Assembly (NCBI GenBank): GCA_963724765.1
Contig: CAVRVY010000004.1
Span: forward strand, 1,536,001-1,600,000
DNA from: an uncultured delta proteobacterium
GTDB lineage: Bacteria; Desulfobacterota; Binatia; Binatales; Binataceae
Length of the DNA stretch: 64,000 nucleotides
Direction: 5' to 3'
Shown here: in pieces, positions 62,450 through 64,000 of the stretch
Numbering within the stretch: position 1 is the stretch's first letter
Layout of the letters: every line of letters starts with the position of its first letter
The notes under the pieces: generated by a model
Database searches by the model: none
What the model was told of the DNA's origin: nothing
The model's input: only the letters and a program-made list of their open reading frames with translations
Made by a program: the position numbers and the translations under genes

Positions 62450-63646
62450 TTATTGAATTGAGACGTCAACAGGCACGATTCCGTCGAAGTGCTTACGCTG
62501 AAAGTTCCACTTAGTTTGAGGCTGAGTGCGGCCGATCTCGTCAGTGGCACGCGCCATAATGCGGTATTGTCCTGGTGTCGCGGCCGTCCACAGGTATGAC
62601 CATCGAGCCCAGAGCCACTTCTCGTGAGGATCCTCCAAGTGCGCTTCATGCCACGTTTCGCCTCCGTCGACACTCACCTCTACCCGGACGATTGCTCCAC
62701 AACCGCTCCATGCTAGACCTCGAATGGCGTGAGAACTGCGCAACAGCGGAGAATCTTCATCTCGCGGACTGGTGACAATGGATTTGACGCCGAGACTCGT
62801 AACCATTGTACGGTTTGGATCAGTCGGCGAAGCTGAATAGACAAAGTATTCGGTTTGGTAGTAACAAGAGGGAATATAGGACAAGACTTCTATTTTCTGG
62901 ATCCACTTCACCCACCAGTTCCCCGACCAGCCGGGAACTATTAGCCGTACGGGTGCACCGTGAACATGTTGCAAGTATTCTCCATTTTGTGCCCACGCCA
63001 AGATGGTGTCGGGATGAAGCGCTTTCTCCATCGGGAGACCTTTATCGTAATTTATGATTCCTGGGTCTTTCACATCGAAATCCGTTCTGCCCGCCGCCAG
63101 ATATTGCACAGCTGGATCAGGTCGACCCCGATCAAATCCTTCCAGGCGTACGCTTTTTGCGCAGTTCTTTGGCGTCGCTTTTTCCAACACGCTTGCCAGC
63201 GATACTCCCGTGAACTCGCCTGCGCTGACGTAGCCTATCGTGGAAGCCGCGGAGCTGAGTCTCGCATCTCCAAGATTGGACCTCGACGGTTTTGTACCGC
63301 CCTTTTGCGCGAAATCGAAAAACTCCGAATCGTTGCCTGCACACTCGGTGACGGCTCGTACAGTTCTGCCGGGAAGCCTCTGCAGATCCTCTAGATTGAG
63401 CGTAAAGGGACGTTCCACCTCCCCTTCGACGGTGAGAGACCAATCCTCCGGGCTTATCGGATCCGGCATCTCTAGCTGTGCGACTATGTAGGATAGATCG
63501 GTCGGCGTGATCAGCCCCTCTAGTTCCAGAAGCGGCGTCTTGCCGGCAATCACGCGTCCTTGTGCATCTTTTCCTTCCACAAGCGTCGGTCTCTTCCTGT
63601 CTGGCCAGCCTTTTACCCACGCACCTTCAATCTCACGTCGACTCAT
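62450..63646 (-). CDS. sulfite-oxidase-family molybdopterin oxidoreductase
   Basis: ECAGN Mo-Cys, HGAPVRLIVPGWSG...VKW, GLAWSG...VEVSVDGG, RATDEIG. Confidence 0.9.
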   Translation of the reverse strand: MSRREIEGAWVKGWPDRKRPTLVEGKDAQGRVIAGKTPLLELEGLITPTDLSYIVAQLEMPDPISPEDWSLTVEGEVERPFTLNLEDLQRLPGRTVRAVTECAGNDSEFFDFAQKGGTKPSRSNLGDARLSSAASTIGYVSAGEFTGVSLASVLEKATPKNCAKSVRLEGFDRGRPDPAVQYLAAGRTDFDVKDPGIINYDKGLPMEKALHPDTILAWAQNGEYLQHVHGAPVRLIVPGWSGNWWVKWIQKIEVLSYIPSCYYQTEYFVYSASPTDPNRTMVTSLGVKSIVTSPRDEDSPLLRSSHAIRGLAWSGCGAIVRVEVSVDGGETWHEAHLEDPHEKWLWARWSYLWTAATPGQYRIMARATDEIGRTQPQTKWNFQRKHFDGIVPVDVSIQ

Positions 63647-64000
63647 ACATAGTTCCTCAAAAGCTATTTGCTTCACCAACTGTTAACCTCAGAGCCGCGG
63701 TCGGTCGTCCTGAAAGCACACCCGCAAAACCAAATAAAGGCCATATTACCACCGTCATCATCCACACTTACTAATCGAGTAATCGTTCCTCGGCGGGCCA
63801 TTTTCCGACGCGGCAGGCAGTGTGCCCTTCGCGTCGCGACCGTTCACGCTGTTTCTTGTAAACAATGCTCTCTCAAGCTCTTCCCAGTATATTCCGTTCT
63901 ATGGAGACCACGCCCTTGCAGTATGGGCACCACTAAATCTACAAACTCATCAAAGGACCCCGGCGTGTAGGTAGGAGTGATATTGAAACCGTCGATATCA

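Overview
GC-rich bacterial DNA. The gene mix (LLM oxidoreductase, amidohydrolases, DUF1329, group 1h hydrogenase) is compatible with a soil organism such as Candidatus Binatota, but that assignment is inference only. 1-5.8 kb: minus-strand catabolic enzymes. 6.3-24.1 kb: a complete group 1h-type (high-affinity) [NiFe]-hydrogenase locus with hypABCDEF, accessory genes, a sigma-54 promoter and a sensor-less enhancer-binding protein. 24.1-51.5 kb: a mobile-element pile-up. An integrase-core IS is split by a ~14.7 kb primase/AlpA element bounded by a 14-bp att-like repeat with no visible integrase. That element carries a standalone TIR gene, a ParB-MT-A70 methyltransferase, an IS21, and an HTH gene followed by a tRNA-Met-like RNA whose 40-nt 'anticodon loop' is complementary to sites in the element. 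The right end of the same IS is interrupted by an IS110 whose bridge-RNA guides can be read against its own target and donor. A serine-recombinase/DUF2924 element follows. 51.7-64 kb: fused etfBA with an in-frame UGA, frmA, a hydrolase, an IS256 remnant and a Mo-oxidoreductase/DUF1329/acyl-CoA dehydrogenase/etfBA cluster. All calls were made by eye from motifs; no database searches were run.
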